The notes: a model not told the origin generated them from the sequence alone. Counted from the first letter of the stretch, positions 1 through 10,300 are shown. The stretch: 64,000 bases of DNA from an uncultured Leptospira sp. (GCA_964502925.1 CAZCYH010000015.1:6002-70001); one strand, 5' to 3'. Numbers and translations: made by a program.

Positions 1-261
1 CTGGCTGAATATACCAGGAATTTAACATCACGATTGTTGCAGGAAGAGGTGCGTGCCGAGTGCGATATCCGTTCGGAAACCCTCGGCTATAAGGTTCGTG
101 ACGCAATCGCAAAAAAAGTGCCATATATCGGTGTCATTGGAGCGCGGGAAGCGGAATTGGATATGATAGCATTGCGCACGTTTGCGGACAGGAATTCGGT
201 TTCGGTTAAAGTTGGTGAATTGATTGATCGCATCAAAAAGGAATCAGCGGAAAAGAAGTAA
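1..261 (+). CDS. thrS: Threonine--tRNA ligase, C-terminal anticodon-binding end (5' part outside window)
   Basis: Frame open from base 1 (LAEYTRNLTSRLLQEEVRAE...). Contains the ThrRS C-terminal motif ETLGYKVRDAIAKKVPYIGVIGARE and lies directly upstream of infC. Confidence 0.9.
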   Translation: MAEYTRNLTSRLLQEEVRAECDIRSETLGYKVRDAIAKKVPYIGVIGAREAELDMIALRTFADRNSVSVKVGELIDRIKKESAEKK

Positions 262-349
262 AAAAAATTAGAGGTAAAAATTTTTTAATTGATTAATTGA
301 AAAGATATTTCACTTTGACACTCGCGGAACGACATCTGAGGAATTTTGT

Positions 350-411
350 TCTACCATGCGGATTTTCGCCCGTGTTGCGTGTGGGCGGTATATATCCTTT
401 TGCGTGGTAGA
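350..411 (+). other. Long GC-rich hairpin in the thrS-infC intergenic region (candidate leader RNA)
   Basis: TCTACCATGC(350-359) pairs with GCGTGGTAGA(402-411), GGAT with ATCC, and CGCCC(367-371) with GGGCG(383-387). Function not established. Confidence 0.45.
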
Positions 412-549
412 TTATTGTTGTTATAGCGATAGATGAAATCCTCCAGGTGTAATGCTGCAGAGTGTACAGCATTTATTATGTATGATAATAGCCGTGAGCT
501 TTAGACAATGCTGATGTAACTTGCAAAAGTAAAAGTAAGGAGGGAGGCT

Positions 550-1113
550 ATAGACAAGTTCGATTCCAAAAAGCACCGAATCAATGAAATGATCAGGGCA
601 AGGGAAGTCAGGCTCGTGGGAGAGGAAGGGGGTCCGCAAATCGTCTCCCTTGAAGCGGCGATTTCACTTGCGAAGGAGCGGGGTATGGATCTGGTGGAAA
701 TATCGCCAGATCAAGAGCCGCCGGTCGTAAAAATAGTCGATTACAGCAAATTTCGTTTTGAGCAGGTCAAAAGGGCAAAAGAGGCAAAGAAACGGCAGAA
801 AGTCGTTCATGTTAAGGAAATCAAACTCAGGCCTTCGATCGACTCTCACGATTTTTTTCATAAAATTCAACATGCGAAGGAGTTTTTGGAAAACGGCGAT
901 AAGGTAAAGTTCACCATCATGTTTCGAGGAAGAGAGATCGTTCACAAGGAGCTCGGCTTTAATGTGATGGAAAGAGTTCGCGGCGAATTGGGCGATACAG
1001 TTCAAATCGAAAAAGACGCATCGCAGGAAGGAAGAAATATCACCATGGTGGTTGCGCCTATCGTCGGAGGGAAAAAACCAAAAAAATCATCAGAATCAAC
1101 GCACGAGGGATAG
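550..1113 (+). CDS. infC: Translation initiation factor IF-3, probable non-canonical ATA start
   Basis: Clear IF3 sequence (EIKLRPSIDSHD, GDKVKFTIMFRGRE). The conserved RINE motif lies upstream of the ORF-track ATG at 589. In-frame ATA at 550 follows AAGGAGG(537-543) by 6 nt, and there is an in-frame stop at 517-519. Confidence 0.95.
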   Translation: MDKFDSKKHRINEMIRAREVRLVGEEGGPQIVSLEAAISLAKERGMDLVEISPDQEPPVVKIVDYSKFRFEQVKRAKEAKKRQKVVHVKEIKLRPSIDSHDFFHKIQHAKEFLENGDKVKFTIMFRGREIVHKELGFNVMERVRGELGDTVQIEKDASQEGRNITMVVAPIVGGKKPKKSSESTHEG

Positions 1114-1118
1114 GAATA

Positions 1119-1316
1119 ATGCCAAAGTTGAAAACGAACAGCGGCGCAAAAAAGCGCTTCAAAGTGACTAAAAACGGCAAGATAAAAAGGGCAAACGGCT
1201 GGAAAAGCCATCTGCTTGAAGCGAAGAAATCGAAACGTAAACGCAGTCTCCGTAAGGCAAGCTTGGTTTCTAAAACTGAGGAAGGCCGGGTACGGCGGAT
1301 GCTTCCATACGCATGA
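1119..1316 (+). CDS. rpmI: 50S ribosomal protein L35
   Basis: MPKLKTNSGAKKRFKVTKNGKIKR motif; infC-rpmI-rplT order. Confidence 0.97.
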   Translation: MPKLKTNSGAKKRFKVTKNGKIKRANGWKSHLLEAKKSKRKRSLRKASLVSKTEEGRVRRMLPYA

Positions 1317-1351
1317 GCTTTCGGTTATGTCGGCACCGAAGAGCTTCATGT
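1311..1351 (+). other. Bulged hairpin overlapping the rpmI stop codon
   Basis: GCATGAGCTTTCGGT pairs with ACCGAAGAGCTTCATGT with two single-base bulges. No U-tract follows. Confidence 0.4.
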
Positions 1352-1478
1352 GATGCAATGTTGAGTAAACCAATGTGCTTTATAGTATAATCGCAGTTTA
1401 CTGCACCTTAGGGATTATGCTATTAAACACGATGAGCATCGAGCACTATTAAATTTTTTTGTTATGAAGAGGTAAACA

Positions 1479-1835
1479 ATGCCACGCGCAACAACCGGAA
1501 AAATACATCAGAAGCGAAGAAGAAAAATCCTTAAAGACGCGAAGGGATTTTACGGCGCACGGAGCGTTCTCTATAGAACTGCGAAGGACGCAAGAAGAAG
1601 AGCGCTTCAGAATTCCTATATTCACCGCCGCAAGAAGAAAGGCGACTTCCGCTCTCTCTGGATTATGCGTATCAATGCAGCTTCTCGAATCTGTGGAATA
1701 TCGTACAGCTCGCTTATTGGGGGCCTTTCCCGTGCTGGAGTGTCCATAAACCGAAAAATGCTCGCGGAAGTCGCAGTGAGCGACCACGCCGCTTTCAGAA
1801 AACTCGTGGAAACTGCGAAAAGCGCTGCCGTCTAA
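1479..1835 (+). CDS. rplT: 50S ribosomal protein L20
   Basis: MPRATTG...KDAKGFYGAR...RRKKKGDFRSLWIMRINAA...NRKMLAEVA; GAGG RBS upstream. Confidence 0.97.
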   Translation: MPRATTGKIHQKRRRKILKDAKGFYGARSVLYRTAKDARRRALQNSYIHRRKKKGDFRSLWIMRINAASRICGISYSSLIGGLSRAGVSINRKMLAEVAVSDHAAFRKLVETAKSAAV

Positions 1836-1866
1836 CTTCATCGAATGCCGGAAAGAACATTCTTCC

Positions 1867-2847
1867 GTGCGTATGTATGATTACAAGCGTTCCATCGTGC
1901 ATCGGTTGAAAAGGTGGAGCGCTTTTATTATGGGGACGATGCATTGTGAGTATGAAGTTTGCAGACGATTGTATGCTTCGCTGATTCTGATATTAATTTT
2001 TACCTCTTCTGTATTCTCATCCCCGCACACAGCAACACTACACACATTGCAGGAAAACACATTCGAATTTTCCGCGGACATCGTATATCTCAAAGCCGAT
2101 GCACTATTTCGGAAAGAGCACTTCTCGCTTGCGTTTGGTGTGCGGGATGATATTTCGATACGCTATTCGATTGATTATCTTCATAGGGAGAGCGGAGAAT
2201 CGGGAAGCATACTCGGCGATTCACAACTGAAACTATGGTATTATGCGGGAGAATTTGCTTCGGACAAGGTTTGTTGGGGGGTTGCCGGTATTATCCGCAT
2301 TCCCACTGGACCATCGTTCTATGAGAATGAACGCTGGCAACCTGTTTCTTCGGGAATTCATGAATTGAAGATTGGGCCAGTCTTTCAGGCATCATTGCTC
2401 TCCTTTTTTCTTCATGCGAATTTTTTCTATATATTTCGCCAGGCAGAGGGCGAAAATTTCTGGGGTGGGTTTAAACTCAAGCCTTTCGCGCGCGAAAGCT
2501 ATACGGGTGCACTTGGATGCAATCCCTGGCACGAAGGCGCGTTTGCCGATAAAAACCGCCTGAAAAACGATTATGCCTCTGCGGCAATTTCAATTCTTGC
2601 CAACCATTGCTTCCCTTTTATCATTTATTCAGAATTGTACTACTCACATCGTGTGGCCCCGCGCAGCACCGAAAACGATTCGATAGCGGTGGAAGGCGCA
2701 GGAGTGAATCCTCTGTTTATTGGGGCCGGGGTGCGGTATTTTATTTCATATTCATCATATCTTGCGCTTTACGGTAGTATCCGTCCCGGTTCGCATGATG
2801 CATATGTTCATTGGATTACGGGCTTTTCGGTTTCGGCGGTTTTCTGA
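1867..2847 (+). CDS. Hypothetical exported protein, possible outer-membrane beta-barrel (start probably about 1939)
   Basis: Hydrophobic signal-like segment (LILILIFTSSVFS), aromatic-rich alternating segments and C-terminal Phe (FSVSAVF). No family recognised. Confidence 0.55.
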   Translation: MRMYDYKRSIVHRLKRWSAFIMGTMHCEYEVCRRLYASLILILIFTSSVFSSPHTATLHTLQENTFEFSADIVYLKADALFRKEHFSLAFGVRDDISIRYSIDYLHRESGESGSILGDSQLKLWYYAGEFASDKVCWGVAGIIRIPTGPSFYENERWQPVSSGIHELKIGPVFQASLLSFFLHANFFYIFRQAEGENFWGGFKLKPFARESYTGALGCNPWHEGAFADKNRLKNDYASAAISILANHCFPFIIYSELYYSHRVAPRSTENDSIAVEGAGVNPLFIGAGVRYFISYSSYLALYGSIRPGSHDAYVHWITGFSVSAVF

Positions 2848-2969
2848 GCGTGAAGCTAACCGATGTTGGACGACAGCTTATCGAAAGCTAATAATAAGAA
2901 AAGAGATAAAATGTCGCGAAAAAAGAAAAATTATGCTTGATTGTTCAGGCATCGCCTGATATGGCATTT

Positions 2970-3027
2970 CAACAGAGATGATGGTATCTTATGCATTGCA
3001 ACAGAGATGATGGTATCTTATGCATTG
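2970..3027. repeat. Perfect 29-bp tandem duplication
   Basis: CAACAGAGATGATGGTATCTTATGCATTG at 2970-2998 and again at 2999-3027 with no spacer. Confidence 0.95.
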
Positions 3028-3238
3028 GGTCACAAAAAATATTTCACCGAACGGGCTTTGCGGCGTCTTCTCGGAAAGCAATTTTTTGAAAGGAATCGGT
3101 TGATTTCTTCCAAAATCGTGATTTAATTATATCCATACGCGCATCGGAATATAGCATCGGCAAAGAGTTTTTTATTCTTCATGGCCTCCGAAAAAAGGCC
3201 GAAAATATAAGAAGGTATAATATGGTGGGAGGTAGTTT

Positions 3239-3988
3239 ATGATCACTATTCAGCAGCTGGAAGAGCTTGAAAGCAGGATAATCAAAGCCCTGCAACTCAT
3301 CACCGATCTGAGGACTGAAAACGCGAGCCTGGAATCGGAAAATGAAACCTTAAAGTCAGAAAATGAAGAAGTGCGCCTTTCCCTTGAGGAGAAGGAACGG
3401 GAAATTGAGCAGATCAAGAGGGATATGGAAGCGACAAGCAAGGAACTTGCCGCATTGAAGGAAAAAGAAGAGGTCCTCGAGAAGAAGCTCCTTCAGTTGC
3501 TTGGGAAGCTTGATATTCTCCAGGGAGGGGGGAGCCCTGCGATTGCGTCGGCTCCTCGTTCGGTGGAAAGGGCAACGGCTGCTGTGCGGGAACAGGCTCC
3601 TGTTGCTGAAGAGCCCCGGATGGAGGAAGTGCAAATACGCCGCGAATCAACCCCCGCTGGAGATGACGATATCATCATCATCGACGATGAAACCGCTGAA
3701 GGGGATCGTGATGTGGTGGTCGAAACGGTTAGGGAAGAAGACAGAGGCCGTGGAAGAGCCGCTTCAAGGGAATCTGGATCAACCGAAGATGAAGACATCG
3801 TTCTTCTGGATGATAACGATGAAATCGTGATTGATGATACTACCGACGAAATGATTATCATTGATGATACCGAAAGCACTCCAAGAAGCTCCGAATCTTC
3901 CAGACAGCCACAAGGACGCCGGCAGGCGGCTTCCGGGGGTGCGAGCGACGATGACGAGTTTATCATCATCGAAGAGGATAATCGATAA
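3239..3988 (+). CDS. ZapB-like coiled-coil protein with long acidic, motif-repeat tail
   Basis: N-terminal heptad coiled coil (QQLEELESRIIKALQLITDLRTENASLE) directly upstream of zapA; GGAGG RBS; five D/E-flanked hydrophobic motifs in the tail. Confidence 0.75.
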   Translation: MITIQQLEELESRIIKALQLITDLRTENASLESENETLKSENEEVRLSLEEKEREIEQIKRDMEATSKELAALKEKEEVLEKKLLQLLGKLDILQGGGSPAIASAPRSVERATAAVREQAPVAEEPRMEEVQIRRESTPAGDDDIIIIDDETAEGDRDVVVETVREEDRGRGRAASRESGSTEDEDIVLLDDNDEIVIDDTTDEMIIIDDTESTPRSSESSRQPQGRRQAASGGASDDDEFIIIEEDNR

Positions 3989-4035
3989 CCGCCACCATTA
4001 TAATGCTGGAACTCATGCTGGAGGCGTATGCGGTC

Positions 4036-4389
4036 ATGGAAAACAAGGTGAAAGTTCAAATATTTGGTGCAACGTACAGCATTCAGGGAGAGGCGGATGC
4101 TGATTACATCGTTCGCCTTGCGGATTATGTAAATGAAAAAATGGAAGAAGTGGGCGGCAGTCCCCAGGCGGGAAATCATCTCCATGTTGCCATACTTGCA
4201 GCGTTGAATATTGCCGATGAATATTTTCAGATGCGCGAAATCAAACGCCATCTTGTATCGGATCTGGAGAAAAAAGCGAATGCCCTCATCACAATGCTGG
4301 ATGAGGGTCTCATCGGCGACGTCTATTCTGCCGCACAGATGCGAAGAACTTCTGCTACGGGAACAAGTTCTCCTGTGCAAAATCTGTAG
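4036..4389 (+). CDS. zapA: Cell division protein ZapA
   Basis: VKVQIFGATYSIQG...YIVRLADYVNEKMEE...AILAALNIADE. Start placed at MENK (GGAGG at 4020-4024); ORF track starts at 4003. Confidence 0.9.
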   Translation: MENKVKVQIFGATYSIQGEADADYIVRLADYVNEKMEEVGGSPQAGNHLHVAILAALNIADEYFQMREIKRHLVSDLEKKANALITMLDEGLIGDVYSAAQMRRTSATGTSSPVQNL

Positions 4390-4610
4390 TCTTGCTATTT
4401 CGCAAATGGCCGGAGAATCTCGTTGGTATTATTTCATCAGATGACCATTTTTACCGTGCAAATTAATTAAAAATGATTATCACCCATAGAACTTATGCAA
4501 TTACGCCTCTCATCTTTTTTCCGCCAGAGCAAAGAAAATTTAAAAAAAATGTAGTCTCTAAAGACTTTTTTTGTCACCAATCTTCACTGTAACGAGTATA
4601 AGAGGAAGAG

Positions 4611-5192
4611 ATGCTGGAAGATCCGAAATCCCTGACCGATGAAGAAATTGCACGGCGTTTCAGGGAAGGAGATGCAACGCTATTTGATGAGCTGTACAGG
4701 AGGTATCAGGATAAACTACGACGGGTGATTTATTATTATGTAGGTGATTCCGAAGATGCACAGGATATATTTCATGATGTGTTTGTCCGTGTGTATAAGC
4801 ATATTGGCACCTACAAGGATGATAAACCATTTTCCTCATGGATTTATCAGATTGCGGTGAATTGCTCGAAAAATTTCCGCAACAAAATCGCACGTAATGA
4901 TAGCGTTATAGAGCATGAAAAGGAGGAGCAACGCGCGAGTTTTATTGATGACGCAACGTTCCTTTCCCCGGAAGAAGATTTTATCAGGAAGGACGATATG
5001 GCGCAATTCCGTTACGCGGTGTCCAGGCTTAAAGAAAAGTTCAGGGTTGTTTTTCTCATGAGGCACGATCAGGGATTGAAATATGGGGAGATATCGGAAA
5101 TATTGGGCTGTTCTGAAAGAACAGTAAAGTGGAGGATGAAGCGGGCGATTGAGATCATTGCGGACGATTTAAAAAACAGAGGTGTGCTGTAA
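4611..5192 (+). CDS. ECF RNA polymerase sigma factor
   Basis: Region 2 (DAQDIFHDVFVRVY, FSSWIYQIAVN) and region 4 (GLKYGEISEILGCSERTVKWRM). Confidence 0.92.
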   Translation: MLEDPKSLTDEEIARRFREGDATLFDELYRRYQDKLRRVIYYYVGDSEDAQDIFHDVFVRVYKHIGTYKDDKPFSSWIYQIAVNCSKNFRNKIARNDSVIEHEKEEQRASFIDDATFLSPEEDFIRKDDMAQFRYAVSRLKEKFRVVFLMRHDQGLKYGEISEILGCSERTVKWRMKRAIEIIADDLKNRGVL

Positions 5193-5216
5193 AACGGCTT
5201 TTGATTGGTATGAACG

Positions 5217-6572
5217 ATGGAAAGATCTGACAGAGAAATTTTATTGGAAGCGCTGAAAAAGCGGAAACGAGGTGGGAAGATTGATTCCGGCAAGCTGGAA
5301 GCAATGATTGATGATTTTAAACTTTTGCCGGCTCCCTTTCCTTATGAGCATCTGCTTGCGAGAATCAAACGCGATGCCCGCTCTGAAAGAAAAAAACCGC
5401 TTTTGATGCTCCTTTTTATCCGCAAACCTTTGATGGTTTCAGCGATCTGCGGGATGATTATTGCGTTATTCGGGTTTTATTACGCCTTTATGCATACTGC
5501 AGCGGATAAACTGCCCGCTGCGCACGGCGTATCAAAGCTGCCGATTCCAGATCAAGCGTTCGAAATTGTTCCTCAGCATAATACCAAACATCCCGCAATT
5601 TCGCCGGTCACCGCTTTAAACCGACGCGAGCTTGAAAAATGGGCGCTGGCGAAGGATGCGGCCCTGGTTGCATATATCGATGAAGACAACCTCATCGTCA
5701 GCATCGGCAAAAGAGGAACGGTCGATGCCCTGTCTTCCTCCGGCAAAACCTGGTCGTATGAATTGGGTTCTACGGTAACCGCACCGCTTGTGTGGGGGGG
5801 GAATGTCATTTTTTGCGCTACATCCGATTTAAAGGTATCAGCGCTTTCGAAAAGCTCAGGAAAACTCATCTGGTCCCGGCGCCTCGATGGGCGATTGCTT
5901 TTCGGCGGCGGCATGCTGTATTATCATGGAATGCTTTTCGCGGGAACATCGAATGGCTCTGTTTACGCGTTCAGCCAGTCGGGTGATGAAATATGGAGCA
6001 GAAAATTTAATTCTGGAATTTTTATCCCGCCTGTTGCTGCAGGCAAAGATATTATTGTCGCGACAAATGATGGGAAGCTGGTGCACATGAAGATGCATGA
6101 TGGGACCATCGCATCATTTGCTACGACCGGCCGAATCGCCGGAATGACTGCCGGGAAAGACGGAAGGCTCTATCTTTCCGCTGAGGATGGTAATTTCATC
6201 TGCTATGATTATGAAAAAAAGCGTGAGGTCTGGCGCCATGCGACAAAGTCCAGGCTTGCGCAAAGTCCCATTGTGCAGAATAATGGAATTTTCCTGTTTT
6301 CATCATCCGGCGATGTTCACTTTTTTACTCATGATGGCAGGCCCGTCTGGAAAGCGGGGCTTGGCGGGACCATAAACGTTCGCCCCGCAATTCGCAAGGG
6401 CGATCTGTATGTACTTGCCGGAAAAGCATTATATGTGCTCGATGCGAAGGACGGCGGTGTGAAGTGGTCGTATGTGATGGATTCAATCGCAACCACCTCT
6501 GCCGTAATTGCCGAAGGCAATATCATTTACGGTACGCAGGAAGATGGTGTGGTTGTGCTGCGAAGAAATTAA
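5217..6572 (+). CDS. Single-TM protein with C-terminal PQQ-type (BamB-like) beta-propeller; putative anti-sigma factor
   Basis: Cytoplasmic N-terminus, hydrophobic helix (LMVSAICGMIIALFGFYYAFM), repeated Trp-docking blades (GKTWSY, GKLIWS, GDEIWS, GRPVWK, GGVKWS). Lies directly behind the ECF gene. Confidence 0.75.
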   Translation: MERSDREILLEALKKRKRGGKIDSGKLEAMIDDFKLLPAPFPYEHLLARIKRDARSERKKPLLMLLFIRKPLMVSAICGMIIALFGFYYAFMHTAADKLPAAHGVSKLPIPDQAFEIVPQHNTKHPAISPVTALNRRELEKWALAKDAALVAYIDEDNLIVSIGKRGTVDALSSSGKTWSYELGSTVTAPLVWGGNVIFCATSDLKVSALSKSSGKLIWSRRLDGRLLFGGGMLYYHGMLFAGTSNGSVYAFSQSGDEIWSRKFNSGIFIPPVAAGKDIIVATNDGKLVHMKMHDGTIASFATTGRIAGMTAGKDGRLYLSAEDGNFICYDYEKKREVWRHATKSRLAQSPIVQNNGIFLFSSSGDVHFFTHDGRPVWKAGLGGTINVRPAIRKGDLYVLAGKALYVLDAKDGGVKWSYVMDSIATTSAVIAEGNIIYGTQEDGVVVLRRN

Positions 6573-6594
6573 TTTGAAACAAGCGGTCAATATC

Positions 6595-6622
6595 AAACCC
6601 GTGCAGCCGCACGGGTTTTTTT
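6595..6622 (+). terminator. Rho-independent terminator after the ECF/PQQ pair
   Basis: AAACCCGTGC-AGCC-GCACGGGTTT followed by a T run. Confidence 0.85.
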
Positions 6623-6800
6623 ATTGTAGTATTCTGTTGTTGAAATATCTCTATTTTGCCGTATATTAATACAGGAAGTCACGCGGAATACGATATTTAC
6701 TGTCATAAAAAATGCAAATAAGCGAAGAAAATTGATTTACAAAGTTCATCAGGTGATATATTTTAGCCAATGGTATATTATAATCTGGCGGTGAGCGAAT

Positions 6801-7337
6801 ATGGAAATACAGGAATTGATACGCAGGCTTCATCGGGATGAAAACGCCCCGGCTGTACTGGATGCCTCCATTTCGAAGACGAATACAGAAATCGAATCGT
6901 CCCTTGATATCATACAACTGGTGAGTTTCATAATCGATGATGTCGAATACGGCGTCGATATTCTTGCGGTGCATGAAATTTTGCGGCTGCCTGAAATCAC
7001 ACGATTGCCGAATGTTCCAAAATATGTCCGGGGAGTGGTTAACCTTCGGGGAAATGTCATACCGGTGGTGGATATCCGCGAAAGATTTGGCCTTAGCAAG
7101 GCGAAATTCACCGATCTTACGCGGATTATCGTAGTCGAAATAGGCGAAAAGCTCGTGGGGCTTCTGGTGGACAACGTGCATCAGGTGGTGAGGATTCCCG
7201 ATAAAGACATCGACCCTCCTTCAGACCTCATTGAAGGTGTATCGGAGGATTTTATCAAAGGTATCGGGAAGCTGAGGGAGAGGTTGATAGTAATCTTAAA
7301 CCTGGGGAATATTTTGTTCTCCGAAGAGGAGCGTTGA
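6801..7337 (+). CDS. cheW: Chemotaxis coupling protein CheW
   Basis: YGVDILAVHEI...ITRLPNVPKYVRGVVNLRGNVIPVVDIR. Confidence 0.95.
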   Translation: MEIQELIRRLHRDENAPAVLDASISKTNTEIESSLDIIQLVSFIIDDVEYGVDILAVHEILRLPEITRLPNVPKYVRGVVNLRGNVIPVVDIRERFGLSKAKFTDLTRIIVVEIGEKLVGLLVDNVHQVVRIPDKDIDPPSDLIEGVSEDFIKGIGKLRERLIVILNLGNILFSEEER

Positions 7338-7392
7338 CGCCTCGTACCAGGCGTTATGACGATATTAAATCGACTTTTGTGGAGAAATAGCG

Positions 7393-10300
7393 ATGGCTTT
7401 TACACTGGGTGAATATCAGGACATCTTTCTTGAAGAAGCGGACGAACAACTTCAGGAATTAAATCAAAATCTCCTTGAACTGGAGCGCAACCCTCAGGCT
7501 ACAGATATAATAAATAATATCTTTCGTGCCGCCCATTCATTGAAAAGTTCCGCGGCTTTTGTGGGGCTCCACGGCTTAAGTGAGCTTGCCCATAAAATGG
7601 AAAATCTTCTTCAGGGAATCCGTGATAAAACGCTTTCCACGACGCCGGAAATCATTGAAGTGCTTTTCCGTTGCTTCGACACAATCAACAATATCATCGC
7701 GGCGGTATCCTCGGGAGAGGAGCCGAAGCAGGATTTGAGCGGTATCATTGCCGAAATAGAACGGGTGGGAGCCGCTAAAACGGCAGCAGCTTCATCCTCT
7801 AAAACAATTCAGAAAACCCAGGCAGAAGAAGAGGCAGAAACGAAGCCTCAGCAAAAGATCGATTTTTCCCCCGAGGAAAGAAAAGCTATTAAAAAAGGCC
7901 TTGAATCTGGAATGTCGTGTTGCGAGCTTACCGTCTTCATCGACAAAAATGCGCTGATGAAAACGCTCAAAGCGCGGCTTATCATCGCAAATCTTGAGCA
8001 TATTTCAGAAGTGATAAAGACGGTTCCTTCACTTGAGGCGCTGGAAGGCGATGTGGATGTCGATGTCATCCGCGTTATTCTTCTCACCGATCAGTCGATG
8101 GATGATATTAAAAAAGCGTGCGATGTGGATCAGGTCGTTCGCCTCGATGCACGGGAGATCAGTCTCACCAGAAAAGATAATCAGCTTATTTTGAAATTTC
8201 ATGCACCGGAAACGCTTGCGGAAGAACAGGCTTTGGAAATGCCTCAACCCGAAATTGCACCGGCAGCCCAGATATCCGGCAATGAAGAGCTTCACGAGGC
8301 AGAGATTCACGACGAGGAAGAGGATGAGCAAGAAAAGATTACTGAAGACCGCTCGAAAGTTGAACGTAAAATCAGTACTCTGAAAACAGTGAAAGTATCT
8401 GTTGATAAACTTGACCAGCTTTTGAACAATGTTGGTGAACTCGTTATTTCCAATTCGGGTTTTTACAAGCTTTACGAAGAACTCCGAAAACGATCTTTCG
8501 ATAAGTCAGTCATCAACGAATTTAAAAACCGCATGGAGCAGATGTCGCGCATCGCGAAGGATCTTCAAAGCGGCATCATGAAAACTCGAATGGTTCCCAT
8601 CGGCGGAGTTTTCTCGCGTTTTCAGCGCCTTGTTCGGGATCTGAACAGGGAATTCGGGAAAAAAGTTCAGTTGAAAATCATAGGAGAGGAAACTGAACTC
8701 GATAAAAAAGTCATCGATGCGATCGGCGAACCTCTCATGCACCTCATTCGTAACGCAGTTGATCATGGTATTGAAGACGCCGCGGAAAGGAAAAAGCTGG
8801 GAAAAAACGAAATTGCTACGGTGACCCTGAATGCGTACCAGGGTGGGAATCAGATATTTGTTGAGGTAAGCGACGACGGCAGAGGTCTCGACCTGGAGGA
8901 AATTAAAAAAACAGCCATAAAAAACAATTTGGCAACGCCCGAAATGATCGCGAACATGGACAGGGAGGATATCTACAATTTCATCTTTAACCCGGGATTC
9001 TCCACAAAAAAAGAAATTACTGATATATCCGGCCGCGGCGTTGGAATGAATGTGGTCAAGGAAATCGTGAGCGAATTAAATGGTAATGTGCAGATTGAAA
9101 CCGAGCCCGGTATGGGCACGCGGTTCGTCATGGCATTTCCCCTGACGCTTGCGATTATACCTGCGATTATGGTCAAAATCAACCGTGAAATGTACGCGGT
9201 GCCTCTATCCGATGTTATTGAGACGATTAAAATATCAACGGACGAAATCCAGACTATTGAAGGGCATGAGGTGATTAATCTTCGCGGGGAGATTCTCTCG
9301 CTTTTGCGCCTCAACCGATTTTTCAAAATAAGAAGTTCTCTTGCCCCCGATCAGAAAATTCCCGTAGTGGTGGTAGGCTTTGGAAATAGAAAAATCGGCC
9401 TGATGGTGGATGACCTTGAAGGGAAACAGGAAATTGTCATTAAATCCCTCGAGCAGAATTATCGCACCGTTGAGGGTCTGGCCGGAGCATCCATTCTCGG
9501 AGACGGGAGCATCTGTCTCATTCTGGATATCTCGTCAATGATGAATAAGGTGATGACCGAACAGGATATTCTCCAGGAACATGATGAACAAGATTATTTC
9601 GATTACGAAAAAGAATATGGCGTCAAAAAAGAAGAACCGGTGCTCGCGGGGGTGACCGCAGAAGCGAAACGGGGGGAAGCGGCTGCCGTTTCAGCGAAAA
9701 CCGGCGGCGAACCGGCTATCGTCAGTGAGCGCGTTTCCCCACGAACTTCGGAACCTTCGGTTCCGGTGAAAGCCAAGGCCGAACCAATCGAACTGGAGGA
9801 AGATTTTACGATAATTTCCGAAGAAACTGTTCCGGAAAAACCTCAAACTCGCAAACCCGCTGAGCTTTCAGATGAAGAAATTGAAAAGAGAGTAAAAGAA
9901 ACTCTTCATAAGTTTAAGGATGAACTGAGGGAAAACATCGAGGATACGCTCGCAAAGGCAAAACCTCTCGACCACATAAAAGAAGCGCTCAAGATGGACG
10001 ATGACGATCTTGATCGGGTCCGCATTCTCGCCAATACGGGCATCACACATGCGGCGGAAAATCTTTCTAAAATATTAGGTCGCCGCATCGATCTCTCCAT
10101 TCCCGATGTGCGGTTTATTCGGATTGATAAAATACCTGAAACGATCGGCTCAATTGACAGTGTGTATATAGGCGTGTATGTCCCTTTTATGGGCACGATC
10201 AACGGAACAATTCTTTTCAGCTTCAATGAAGAGAATGGATTTGATCTGATCGATACGCTGTGGGGTACGGAAACCGGCAAGACTCGGGAGCTGACCGAAG

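Noticed and set aside
2970-3027. CRISPR array
   Set aside because: Repeat length is CRISPR-like, but there are only two directly adjacent copies, no spacer and no cas genes.
3493-4380. 295-aa antisense ORF
   Set aside because: Shadow of the zapB-like and zapA genes; its Ser/Ile runs mirror the Asp codons on the sense strand.
4390-4610. 6S RNA downstream of zapA
   Set aside because: The region is AT-rich and I could not find the long self-complementary rod with a central bubble.
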